From: Oopsacas minuta | Lineage: Eukaryota; Animalia; Porifera | DNA: 64,000 bases | Direction of reading: 5' to 3' | Assembly: GCA_024704765.1 (NCBI GenBank) | Contig: JAKMXF010000310.1 | Coordinates: 62,001-126,000, forward strand | Part shown: in pieces, positions 13,417-25,234 of the stretch | How positions within the stretch are numbered: position 1 is the stretch's first letter | Layout of the letters: each line of letters opens with the position of its first letter | Program-made: the position numbers and the translations under genes | Notes under the pieces: model-generated | Told to the model about the DNA's origin: nothing | Seen by the model: the letters and a program-made list of their open reading frames with translations, nothing else | The model's database searches: none

Positions 13417-13815
13417 ATGAATCAGTTTGACAAGAACCCTCTGTTGCCAGAGCCTAGCGAAGAATCAGTAGAGATGCAGTACGTTAAGGGTTTGGTAAAT
13501 AGACTAACCCAGCAACCAAAGGCTGTGAAGGGGGCATGCAAGAAATGTGGATTCTCTGGTCACCTTACTTTCCAGTGTATGAATCATATTTCTATAGGTG
13601 CAGAGAAGAAAGAATTGTCACTAGCTCAGAAGTTATCTAGCGATGAGAGCGGAGAATATAACTCAGAAATAGAGGAGAGAAAAAAGAGGAAGAGAAAAAA
13701 TAAACAAGAACGAAATGAGAAAAGATTGAAACTTGAGAACAGTGCAGACGAGAAGAAAAAGTTGAAAAAGGAAATGAAAAAGAAGAAACAAAAACACAAA
13801 TCACACAAGACATAA
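13417..13815 (+). CDS. SREK1IP1: SREK1IP1/CXIP4-like CCHC zinc-knuckle protein with a Lys/Glu-rich tail
   Basis: KGACKKCGFSGHLTFQCMNH knuckle, then an acidic Ser patch and a highly basic tail. Confidence 0.75.
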   Translation: MNQFDKNPLLPEPSEESVEMQYVKGLVNRLTQQPKAVKGACKKCGFSGHLTFQCMNHISIGAEKKELSLAQKLSSDESGEYNSEIEERKKRKRKNKQERNEKRLKLENSADEKKKLKKEMKKKKQKHKSHKT

Positions 13816-14319
13816 CAGAATTATTTAATTTAATTTAATTTAATTTACCAATTAATTAGTATACAAAAGTGCAGAATAATATCTCATAATTTGAATTAAT
13901 ATCATATACACCATCACAAATATTTCACTACTATAATATTCATTTGATGGGTCATAACTAGTCTTATATAATTGACACATATGAGGATTGCTGTTTCGGA
14001 TATCTACGTGTGTTAGTGTGTGCGTTTGTGTGTGTGTGTGTTGCTGAGTGTATGATGTGTATCAAGTAGAGAATGAGGAGTTTAAGCTCTGAGTGAATTG
14101 TCTCAGCCAACTCCCTCTCCGAGAGGATCCTAAATCACTTATTTCTTCTTCACGTGGGAGAGAAGTCTGGCTATAATACTTCTGGCAAATAACCTACAAG
14201 ATATAGTATAATTAGGCAATGAATAAGCGGTATTAATACAATTTATGGACGATTTAATTAGCTAAATGCCTCAATGTCTCCCTATACTGTGACAGCAGTA
14301 CTAACTGATTGTAGGCACC

Positions 14320-15237
14320 TTATGAAAAAGGGGAGTAAGATAGACGAGTTTTTCTGCAGTGACTGAGCTCTATCACCTTGTCAAAAAAAGCATTCAAGCA
14401 TTGCATTTCTGGAGCTCCTGGGGTGAAATCTGAAGCTTTACGACAGTTAACAGCTATTACTTGAGCGTTGATATCAGTAGCTAATGAGCTGTGACTGATT
14501 AACTCGTTGCTTGATCTAGACAGGTCCTTCTTTGTGCCTATTATAATCGCTGGCATCGCTGAGTTCGTGTAGATTTCTGCATCAAATCCTTTCCCGTAGT
14601 CATCAGAATTAGTGTATTTATGTCCCTTCTTTCCTTGTACTTTATTTCTATCAGTCAACACTCCTTTCAACCATTTTCTCAGATTGTCATGTGAGTTACG
14701 ATTAGTCAGATCGTGCACTAGAACTATTCCATCAGCTGAGTCGTAGAAGAGGTATCTAACAATGTATTATCAGAAAATAACTAAATATAATATTGATTGG
14801 CGATTATAAGGGCGTCCAAGCGTTATGTGATGCACAATTCCCTGTGTCACATTTCTTGACCGTTTATAATACAATAAGACTGGGAGGTGTTACACTTTCT
14901 ACCGCTCCCTCACCTTAGTAACGTTTGAACAGCAGCTAATTCAGAATTATTACCTGCTCTTTTCGTAAGCAATAGATCCACCTATATCCCAGAATTCTAA
15001 GTAGAACAGTTCTCTGCTGGATACGTCTGTCTTGTCTGAGAAGTGCTCGTGTACTTTCACCTCCAAACTACAACCTGTTGTGTAGAGAGGGCGTGAGAGA
15101 GGAACCTTGTGACATAGTAGATGTACAAGTGAGGTCTTACCAACCTCTGAATCTCCTACTACCAGGATCTTAACTGATCTACCACTCTCTGGAATAAGTG
15201 TATGAGCGTGTATGCTGGAGTCTAGTAGAGAGGCCAT
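14320..15237 (-). CDS. RABL3: Rab-like protein 3; exons 14954-15237 and 14320-14755 (~239 aa)
   Basis: VKILVVGDSEVGKTSLVHLLC, YTTGCSLEVKVH, FYLEFWDIGGS, then YLFYDSADGIVLVHDLTNRNSHDNLRKW after the intron. Confidence 0.9.
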
Positions 15238-15465
15238 CTCTATTTCCTTAAGGACCAATGACAGAACGTTGAACTTGTACTACAAGTGATTAAAGGATTG
15301 CTAAATTTAAAGAAACTCCTTAAGAAACAAATAATTAATTAACGTAAAAAGGAAGTTCATCATAACTAGAGTGGAGGATCATAATGAGGTCAAATCCTTT
15401 ACTCAATGGAATAAATGTTGTCTCAGTCCCATGGAAACATTGTCATAACTCATAATAGTAAAATG

Positions 15466-15633
15466 CAGTAGACTCCGCATAATAGGGTCACAATTGAACC
15501 AGGCCATTGTGACCGGATTAAGTGGAATAAAGGTGTTGGCCTGATTAACCAGAGCAAAGTAACAATATTTGTGAGGTTCTGTTTCTGGACAAGTGACCCG
15601 ATTAACTCGGGCTCTGTTAAGCGGAGTCTACTG
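15466..15633. mobile_element. pogo/Tigger-type MITE
   Basis: TIR CAGTAGACTCCGC(A/T)TAA ... TTAAGCGGAGTCTACTG|TA. Confidence 0.65.
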
Positions 15634-16107
15634 TATTTAGAACTCAATACATTTCTATGTTAAATTCGATATAACCATTGGAAATACATTAATAATTATA
15701 TAGAGTTTGACTATATATGAGGGGATATCAAATATACTGGTCAGATATTCACACTTTTGAATTAATCATAAAGCGAATTTAATTGTTGTTAATACGAACA
15801 TAAAGTAAACAAATATTAGATATATCAAATATACGTAGACATTAGCTCCAAAGAGCTACTCTGACCGTGCCTAAGTACACTGAATCTGAATTGCGGGGGG
15901 TAACAAGGTACGTTGATCCGAATTTCTGATACGCTACCGTGGAAATAGGTGCAACCCTTAAAATTGTATTGATATTTAATTTAAACTCATTCCTTATTCC
16001 TTTCGGGTCCTGAGGCTTCAGTCTCATTAGCCTCAATGATAATCTGCGAGTTGACTAATTATTAAATGACAAAGAAATAGCATATTTATTGGTGAATAAG
16101 ATAATTA

Positions 16108-17495
16108 CACAGGTCAACAAGGTTTTTTCATCACAGATCATACATGATTTTTCTAACGTGATTTTTTGTTCTGATTTCAAATCTGCTCTCCGTTTTTATC
16201 TATCACGTGTAGCTTTTTCATAAAATCCAACTATATTATTCCATTATTTTCAATAATATGATTCTAAATATTTTAAAATTTACAATAGCAAAGTAACACA
16301 ATTAGTATATTCATGGAATATATCCCAATTTACTAGCTCTATTTTTTCTCTTTTTTGAATCAATCAATCTGGTTTCTCATAATGCATTGCAGATGTATCA
16401 ATACACCAGACAGTTTTTGCTATGTTTGTGGCTCCTTTAGTTTAAAATCACAACGACGTGCCATAACAAATGACCTCAAGAGAATATATAGCCAGTATTT
16501 TGATTGTCCTTTAGGTGATCAAGATAAGATGTGGGCGCCATCCAATATTAAATATACACCATTGGTAGATCCTAATAATATATTTTTGCCACCACTTCAT
16601 ATAAAACTCGGATTGATGAAAACTTTCGTCAAAACAATGGGTAAAACAAATTCTACAGGGTTTCGCTATATTGTTGAGAAATTTCCCAAACTAAGTGATG
16701 CTAAGCTTAAAGAGGGTGTATTTATTGGACCACAAATTAGGGAAGTTCTCAAGGATGAAGAGTTTCACAATATACTTTCCGCTAAGGAATTCACAGCTTG
16801 GAAATCTTTCAACTGGATTTGTGAAAACTTTTTAGGTAATATGAAGTCAACAGAGTATATAGAGGGAGTAAAAAACTTAATTCAATCATATGAAAACATG
16901 GGATGCCGTATGTCATTAAAATTACACTTTTTGCACTCCCATCTTGATTTTTTCCAGAAAACCTTGGTGCTGTAAGCGATGAACAGGGCGAACGATTTCA
17001 CCAAGACATTCTCAGAATGGAAAATTGATATCAAGGTTTCTGGAATGACACTATGATGGCGGACTATTGCTGGATGTTCTACAGAGATGAACCCAATAGA
17101 GTTTACAAAAGAAATTCTTACTCTCAACGTTTTTGACGTCTTAAATATTTTCTATTTGTTTATTCAACTTATATATCTCACAAATGTGAAATTTTTCAAT
17201 TTCTTATTGCAAGATAGTTAGATTCTAATTTGATACTTAATTAATTATTGAATTATTCACATTAAGACTCTAATAACAAATAACATTAGTTAGCTGAACA
17301 ACTTTAAGCATTAATTAAGCATAATAAGATATGGAATATTTCGAAATTGAATTCGAAAATTTCAAGCTAGAATATAAATAATGTATACGTGTTAGAGAGG
17401 AATGAATGGCAGATTTGAAATCTCACAAAAAAGTAGTCTAGAAAAATACCCATTTTTGCTTGATGAGAATAATAAGTAATATTTGTTGACCTGTG
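16108..17495 (+). mobile_element. Second Chapaev3-like element with an internally deleted, frameshifted transposase (~16380-17135)
   Basis: TIR CACAGGTCAACA...TGTTGACCTGTG and TTA TSD on both sides. Motifs FCYVCG, GDQDKMWAP, LPPLHIKLGLMK, KEGVFIGPQIR, KLHFLHSHLDFF and, in a shifted frame, AVSDEQGERFHQD...MMADYCW. Confidence 0.85.
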
Positions 17496-17529
17496 TTATT
17501 GTAATCATCGTATAAAATATGATTTGGCC

Positions 17530-17766
17530 TCAATTATATGTCCGCTTTAGTTCTGAATTCAACAGCTGTCTCCTTGTTTGTCTGGGATTACATTGTAATA
17601 CTTTGGAACGGTAAGCACAGTTTGTCTTGTTCTTGTTATAGTAGAGAATAGCTCCGAAAGGAATTAATATCGTACAAGCAACACTGAAGAACATTGAATG
17701 CATTCTACTAACACCATGAGCGAATTCTATTTCTTCCTGCTTTGCTGATTTCTTTTTTGAGGACAT
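17530..17766 (-). CDS. Possible small single-pass membrane protein (78 aa from ATG at 17766)
   Basis: Basic N-terminus, one hydrophobic segment (MFFSVACTILIPFGAILYY) and a basic tail. No family recognised. Confidence 0.25.
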   Translation of the reverse strand: MSSKKKSAKQEEIEFAHGVSRMHSMFFSVACTILIPFGAILYYNKNKTNCAYRSKVLQCNPRQTRRQLLNSELKRTYN

Positions 17767-19161
17767 CCTCCTTAGGCGGGAATTTCTTATTGTTTGACAG
17801 GTTATATTATGTCTAAACATTCTGTATCAGGACACTAATAAATCTGCATGATAAACATATACATAGGTCCCAAGTGACCCGCATTTGAGTATCAATGGCA
17901 GAGTTAGAGGTAGTAAGAAGTCCAGTGCACGTGCACAGTTGCACACAACAATATCTGAGCAGGCACGCATACGTATACACGTATATATGAGGTATTAAAA
18001 GTTAAGTGGGTATGCTCGCATGCACACAGCTTCGTGGAGCATTCCTGGAAAAGGTAAAGTTATGGACTACACTTAGAATAGTGTGATAAATGCGATAATG
18101 AATCCCGGAAATTTAGCCCCCAGGAGATTTCCTGTCCCATTGTTATTCGGTTTCTATTGATTCATTTAGAGCAGTGATACCCAACTGGGGGACCGCGGTC
18201 CGGATCTGGACCTTTCTTCAATCTAGTCCAGACCGCAAACATCGGATTGGATTCATCCAAACTCCTTTCAAAATTCTGACTATCTACCGAATATATTCTA
18301 TGTATTTACTCTTCGAGATATTTTTTGCCAACCTTATTTATATATTATTTCATTTACACTGATTTTATTACATTAGTTATTATTACAAGTAAATAGTTAT
18401 TGACTTTATGTACTTATAGCATTAGATTCATAGTAGGAAATTTGATAGTATATTGCAGTTTTATAGAAGTGATTAATTCAGGGAAATTATATGTTGTGGA
18501 CCGCTGATCCTTTTTGTATAAATATATGGACCTTTTGACTGAAATCCTTTAGGCATCTATGATTTAGACTTTAGAGGATAAATATAGTTTAAATGTAATT
18601 AGGATGGACCATGGATAATAATAAACTCAAAATTTCCACAAAAAATAACCTCGAGGCATGTAGTGCCTAGTATATCCGGTCGTGTAGTGACCAAAAGCAT
18701 CAAGAAATGTAGCTGTTTAATACTTAAGCTAACCTGAGGACCTAAGCTGTACCGCACAGCTGCCTACCAAGCGAAGCAGGCCATTATAAGTATAGCATGA
18801 CTGTTATAATTTGAATAAACTAATGTATATATTATTTATGTGTTGAATGAATAAACGGGAAAGTTAGGAAAGGATAAAGAAACACACAGATTCACACATT
18901 GTGAGATTAGAGATTAATATATGTGTAGAAGAGGTATTAAAAAGTACCTGGCGCATGCGCTACTAGTACCCATGCGCTAATATATTAAATAGTGGGGTGT
19001 AGAGTATATACATAGTGGGTTTGAAGATTAGATAATTTTAACCACAAATTATACCAGTTGTTATATGCGAAACCATATAACCACAATGGTAATTTTTTTG
19101 AAATGTTACTTCTGTATAAATAGCTATTGCAATTCCTAAGTAAACTTCCGGCTGAGCTAAT

Positions 19162-22100
19162 GGCAGATAACATAACCTACTCAACGATATCGCTCAATTG
19201 TGACAAAAAGAAGCGAAAGACTGAAGAAGACACTATTCTTTCTCTGACTGATGATGTGAATAACGTAATTCTATCCGAAGATCCGCTAATCAGTGCAGAA
19301 TTCAATGTATCACAAGGTATTGTCTATTTAAGTTATAATTATATCTCTTGTTAACAATGTTGTAGGTTATCGTGTTCAAGATGAGTACTTCGTAGAAGTC
19401 AGTGATATTGAACTATCTACTTTAGATCAGTATGTTAGGATCTTAGTAGAGGAATCTAACTGTCCCTATTAGAGAACAGTAAATACACCATAATACCAGA
19501 TTACGGACATTCACAAGGTATTTGTTAATACAGTTGGTATGAAATTTGTTACAACCTAGTTAATTGTTTATTGCTGTAGGAGAACATATTAGCAAAGACA
19601 ATTCTGTTTATTAATAATTATATTGCATATACACATCTGTAGGAAAACTGGGTTTCAAGAAAACAAGTCTTGTCATTTATACTAATCTTCAAGTTTGGTC
19701 TTGTTGTAACAATTATTATTGTCTTCACTATCAGGCATTCGTCCAATGTTCACAGATTATGTGCTTGAAAGTTTGTGAAGCCAATGTATTTGAAGAGATG
19801 GTGTATTACTTAATCAGTCCAACGAATATATCTATCCTAGTGCTTGACACCCTTCATAACTTTACCTTGAGAACTATTGGTGGTTGGTCCTGTAATTCTT
19901 GTCTCGGGAAATGTAAGCAACAAACAGAGCTCCAAAATATCTTCGCAATGACTGATCAACCTTCAATAAAAAGTCAACGAAAGATTGAATACAATGTAGT
20001 GACCTCTGCTCCAATTCCATTTATTCTTGATGAAGCGCTTAGTTCAAGTTACGACCAGCAGCTTCGTGAAGGTATCCAGTTACCAAAAATGTTGATTCCT
20101 GAACAAAAGTACTGTAAGAACGGCTACGAATTCAACAGAGAAGACCAGCTTAAACTAGAAAACACTGGAATTGTTATATACACAAAAAATGACGTGATTA
20201 GACTCAACCAACACAAAGGTAGTACGTACCTACATTTATTGCTAAAACGTTACGGGAAAATTATATTTCATTATCCAAATCATACGCATTTTGTAGTGTA
20301 CAGCTCTATCTGTGATGGCACTTGCAAGTGTCAAGCTGTTTATGAAGGACAGAATACGTTACTACTGAATGTCAACAACAAATACTTCATTAATTACAGC
20401 CTATTATACGATTACAGTGAGCTCATGACGATGTCAAGGAACACTCTATATGGGTACCTGAGGTTAGTATATTATAAAACTTGGGTCAAATTCTCATATT
20501 ACATAATGGTGAAATTCTCAAATTTTAATAGTGCCAAAAATCAGAAACTGCAACGAATGGGGAGAAAAGGTAGCTTCAAGTATCACACAGTACATCTTGC
20601 TTGGAATGCGTATTTGAGATTGGTTGACCTTGATTATTCGTCACACTACACTCGCTCTCAGTGCAAACTGGAGCCTAAAATAGTTGTTATAGATGGAATT
20701 GCTATAGGAACAATGAGATCCTTACCTGAAGTCGACGAAGCAGTTGATTACGAGCAGAAGTATCCCATGATTGATACATCTGTGAGGGTATTCATTCATG
20801 ATGTAGATCTTCGAAAAGCACTCTTAAAGTATAGTTTGCAAGGCCTACAAGAGGATAGATTTGATGAATTGCTAGAAAAATTGAATAACAAGGGATTTTG
20901 TGATTACATACAGGGTGTCTCAAAATTATTGCGGTGTTGTATTAGATCAACTATAATGAAATAAGAACAGTGTAATCGGATACAGCTTCAATTTACTAGT
21001 GCGAATTTTATAAGCCAACCTTAGTAATTATTAATATGCATTCTACCATAGATGGTTGTAGTTATTTTTGGAATTTTGAGTTTAGCTTAGAGTATTGACG
21101 AATTATTAGCAGATGAATGTGCGTTTGGAGAAAGTTGAAGTCGTAACAGGGCCATGGAATGCTGCTTAGTGGAAAAACACAAAAGACCGTTGCTCTCTCT
21201 CTTGGAAAAGATGTTTCAACCATACAAAGATGGTGGTACAAACATAAAGCACATAAAAGCCTACAACATAAGAGGGGTGCTGGACGTCCGAAAAAGTTAT
21301 CCAGAGTCTCAAAGATTGTTATCGCGAAATCATTGGGCAAGAGACACAAGTCGACAAGATCTATGGCTAAGAAACTTACAAACATGGGAAATACTGTTTC
21401 AAAGGACACTGTACACCGGTATTTGTTCAAGGATTTAAAAGTTCACCCTTATAAAAGACCAAAACCCCCTTACTAACAGAATTTCATAAGAAAAACAGGC
21501 TAAGCTTCTGTATGGATAAGGTGAATTGGACAATGGATGATTGGAAACGTGTACTCTGGTCAGACGAATCTCCCTATGAGTTATTTCACCCATCGAATCC
21601 ACAGAACGATCGAATATAGGCAAGAGACGGTACACAAGTAACTCCCCGCCAAACTGTTAAATTTTCCGCAAAAGTGATGGTTTGGGGTATGGTGAGCTAT
21701 CAAGCGTTTTCTACACTCCATATATTGCCTCAAAAAGAGACAATTAATGCGAAATATTATGTAGACGAGATTCTAGAAGGGCCATGTATTCAAGCGTTGC
21801 GTAGAACAGATGAAAATGGAGGGATCTTAGAAAGGAAAATGATACCAGACATGTCCAAAGCGATATTTATGCAGGATGGAGCTCCGGCTCATACAGCTAG
21901 AAAGACTCAAGACTGGTGCAGACAGAATTTACCTGGGTTCTGGGAGAAACAGAAGTGGCCAGGCAACTCTCCGGATCTCAACCCAATTGAGAATATTTGG
22001 TCAATCGTTCAAGATAAGATTGACAAGATGAAGCCTGCTGTCAACGTTAATGATTTGGAAAAGATGCTAAAAAATGCTTGGTCATCAATCGACCCTGATA

Positions 22101-22803
22101 TTTTAGAAAGATTGTACTTAGGGATGCCAATGCGCGTTCAGAAATGTATAGAATTGTCAGGGGAATATATTGGCAAATAGAACTTTATCAAAGTGTATTA
22201 ATTCTAAAGTTATTGAGTATTTTACAACACCCCAATAATTTTGAGACACCCTGTAATCTTCAATTCTTCTAATTATATCAGTGGGTGTCAATGCAAACAC
22301 TTGAATACCTGATCAATTCAATACATACATCAGTAGACAGCTGGAAACTTTACGTTACATCCAAATGGTTGCCTCACTGCTAAAGAGAATATTCATCCAA
22401 ATTGATGGTTTGTCCAGAAAACCTTCTCGAAAAATAGTTGAATTCTGTACCAAAAGTGATGAGTACTACAACTACTTTCCAGCTTTCACTAAACACTACA
22501 AATAAGTAATTTCATTATGTCATAGTTCAGCTAAAATTATTTAATACTTAGGATACCAATTTACCAGAATGAAAGTGTTGAGCTGGCGGATAATTGTTCA
22601 AAAAGATATCCCAAACATCACAAATTTTCACCAGGACTGATAGCTATCTCTTGTCAACATAGAGTCTGTTACGGATTTCAAATTCTCCGACAACATGAAT
22701 CTACTGTGTTAGTGTATAACTTGCTACTTAGCATATTCAAAGTACAGCCAAAGGTTATAATCTATGATAACGCTTGCAACTTATACAAGACTTGCATGAA
22801 AAG
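19162..22803 (+). pseudogene. Intron-containing KDZ/Zisupton-type (HMGXB3-like) transposase gene, decayed and split by a Tc1 insertion
   Basis: CxC-like Cys clusters, AWNAYLRLVDLDY...CKLEPKIVVIDGIAIG before the Tc1, and CSKRYPKHHKFSPGLIAISCQHRVCYGFQILRQHES...KVIIYDNACNLYKTC at ~22600-22800. Several short GT-AG introns lie at the 5' end. Confidence 0.65.
20911..22253 (+). mobile_element. Full-length Tc1-like element with a disrupted DD37E transposase
   Basis: ~29-bp TIR CAGGGTGTCTCAAAATTATTG(C/G)GGTGTTGTA and TA TSD. HTH region GAGRPKKLS, WSDESP, FMQDGAPAH and WPGNSPDLNPIENIW. Several stops and frameshifts. Confidence 0.9.
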
Positions 22804-22950
22804 GTATATTACATACGTTTTGAGTTCGCGTAATCGAAGTTGTTTACGGGATAAATAGGAGTAATAAATAGTGAAATCTTTAAACAAACAACGAGAAGTT
22901 ATCAATTATTATATCAATGGAGGCATCGACCGGAAAAAATAGTACGATAA

Positions 22951-23387
22951 TCATTGATACAGTAAATCGACATCAGAAACTGGAACATAGGAATAGGAAT
23001 AGGAATGTGGAAGAGAAGTGATCGGTGTCATAACTGGATTGTGTTCGAATATATTTCTCTTCTCGGGACTTTTCATAAATTTCTTGGGAACAACGCGAGG
23101 CGTCTTCTGAGCGCTAATGTGGGGTGACCTGTCTCGGACGCCATTAACAGGTTCCTCTAGGTTGTCATTCCTCCTATAACCTCGAATAATCCGGCATAGA
23201 GTCTTTTTGTTGGAATGTTTAATATCCTTATATTCCACATCTCTCGGCCAGAATGAAGGTACAAGAGATGTGTCCTTCCAAAAGGACACATTATTTCCTA
23301 AAGCTAATTTGTCACGAGCACTCAGGCCTTTAATCTTTATTGAAGTTGAATGTATGATAGACCATACTCATATTGTTTTTGTGACAT
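22951..23387 (-). pseudogene. Frameshifted ORF with weak resemblance to the NRF1/ewg-type DNA-binding helical motif
   Basis: MSQKQYEYGLSYIQLQ, then a frame change, then IKIKGLSARDKLALGNNVSFWKDTSLVPSFWPRDVEYKDI...LCRIIRGY. The similarity was judged by eye only. Confidence 0.3.
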
Positions 23388-24264
23388 AAAATATAACCTA
23401 AAATCCTGAGCAGGGCTACCGAGCTAAGAAATTCCATTTATACTCCTGGTGTTTATCAGATTTTTTGAAAATGTATCGATGGTAGTACCGTGCTCACGAA
23501 CTCCTCCCCTGCCAGTACCATCCATACCGCACATAGGAACACAGCTCTTAATTCCTAACCCCCTCAACCACCAACCCTTACCCACATAGGCGACGAAATG
23601 ATTAAAGCAATCACTTCTATCCTTCCTACATCAGTCAACTCTCCAGCTGACGGATCCATACAGACATCAGCTGCTCTTCACAACATCACCGCTGAAGCAG
23701 TAATCATGCAGAATGGACTAATGAACAGAATTCAGATAGAGGGGGGGGGGCTGGGGCGGGCCTGTACTCCAGTGTAAGTACAAATTGAACCGAATGCTGT
23801 AAATACTAATATGAAACTAACACAACATCATTGTAAACAGATATATCAACAGATGAGGAAACTGATAAATATTTTGTAATATGAAAAGATATACGTACAC
23901 GTGTGCAACTACATAGCGAAACATGGGATATACCATATTATCAGGCAGTATATAATATATCTTATGTGAACTATATCCAGGGTCATATACCTTGTTCAAA
24001 ATACTATAACCATTCATAATAATATACAGACCTGTTTGTATATTCCGACACCAACTCAAAATTAATATATACATTATGTATTTGGTTTATTTCGTAGCAT
24101 GGATTATAAAAGTAGTTTCCTTTCGTTTCAAATTTTCCAAAGCTCTTCTAATAAAATAATGTTGTAGAGAATTTTTCTCAACAAGACTCATTGAACTAGT
24201 TTCCCTACTGGCGTCTCGTGTTCTATTTCCAAGCCTAAAAGATACCTTTGTTCCTATATACAAT
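23304..24264. repeat. Left arm (961 bp) of a near-perfect inverted duplication
   Basis: Reverse complement of 31078-32041. Differences seen: two substitutions, a 1-bp indel and a G10 versus C12 homopolymer. Confidence 0.95.
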
Positions 24265-24910
24265 CATAATAAAAACAACAACAAACAACAAAGAATCAAA
24301 CAACAAACCCGAAAAAATATAGTTAAGTTTGTTGCTTGGAGATTTCTCAATAACCATTCTTAAAAACAAACTATATCCATCCTGTTTCATTTCAAATTGG
24401 TTTACATCTTTTATCTAAAAATAAAATACATACAGAGAGATCTGACTACCATTGCGATTCAAAACCCTAAAAAATGATTTTCCCGTAACTGTGCCCTCTT
24501 TAACTGGCTGGTACCACTAGTGACGGCCTGCTAGCATCACCACTAGTTGGAACAGATGTTTTAATAGCGTTTCTGTATTTTAATATTACCTGAAATTCGT
24601 TGAATTTGAGTGTTTTAAGATGGTTTACAGTTTCTTCAGTAAGAGAATTGAATTCACAAAAACCATTTATCATAACATCCCATTTATTAAAATCTAATTC
24701 CATCCCCAAAATAGTGAATATACTCTCTTGATACTCATCAAATGAGAACTCAATCACATCTCTCAGACACTTGTACATATCCTTTAGGTCATGTTTCTCT
24801 TCGTCATCGAAGAATTTCCTTAATATATCCACTTTGATTGAATTCGTGTAGTGTATTTGCATTAGTAGGATTATGATGTAACATATTACAGGTGAAATAT
24901 AAGAGTCCAT
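24087..24910 (-). CDS. Orphan secreted protein A; exons 24590-24910, 24309-24414, 24087-24253 (~197 aa)
   Basis: Signal-peptide-like N-terminus and GT-AG introns of 175 and 55 bp. The spliced product aligns with the ORF at 29942-30526 across the exons (FEM..DG..FLRMVIEK..NKLNYIFSGTKVSFRL versus FEI.GKG..YMRIAVEK..GNLNYILAGTQIKFNL). Confidence 0.75.
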
Positions 24911-25234
24911 TATATTTGTATAACTAGCTAGAGAGACTTAATCCAGACTTAATCCTTTTATCGTATTAACCAAAGTAATCCTATAGAAGTTCTAGTCGCT
25001 TATTACCCTAAGATTGTAAAGATAGGCTGCCTCATTTTCTGCGGCCATGTATTTGCTATATAAATCCTTTGATTAAATACAAAATAGATTGATTGTGAGG
25101 TTAAATATTATGTATACTGTATTTGAAGTTCGAACATAACTGTGAATTAATAGATAAGTTTAAGAAGATTCTCTACTCACATTAATAGCAAATTAATTAT
25201 AGTTCAAGGGGCTCTAAAAGATATAGAATCAGTG

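Noticed and set aside
23817-24074. Identical 85-aa ORFs at 23817-24074 (-) and 31268-31525 (+)
   Set aside because: The identity is explained by the inverted duplication. The sequence is the AT-rich 3' flank of orphan gene A and has no recognisable motif.
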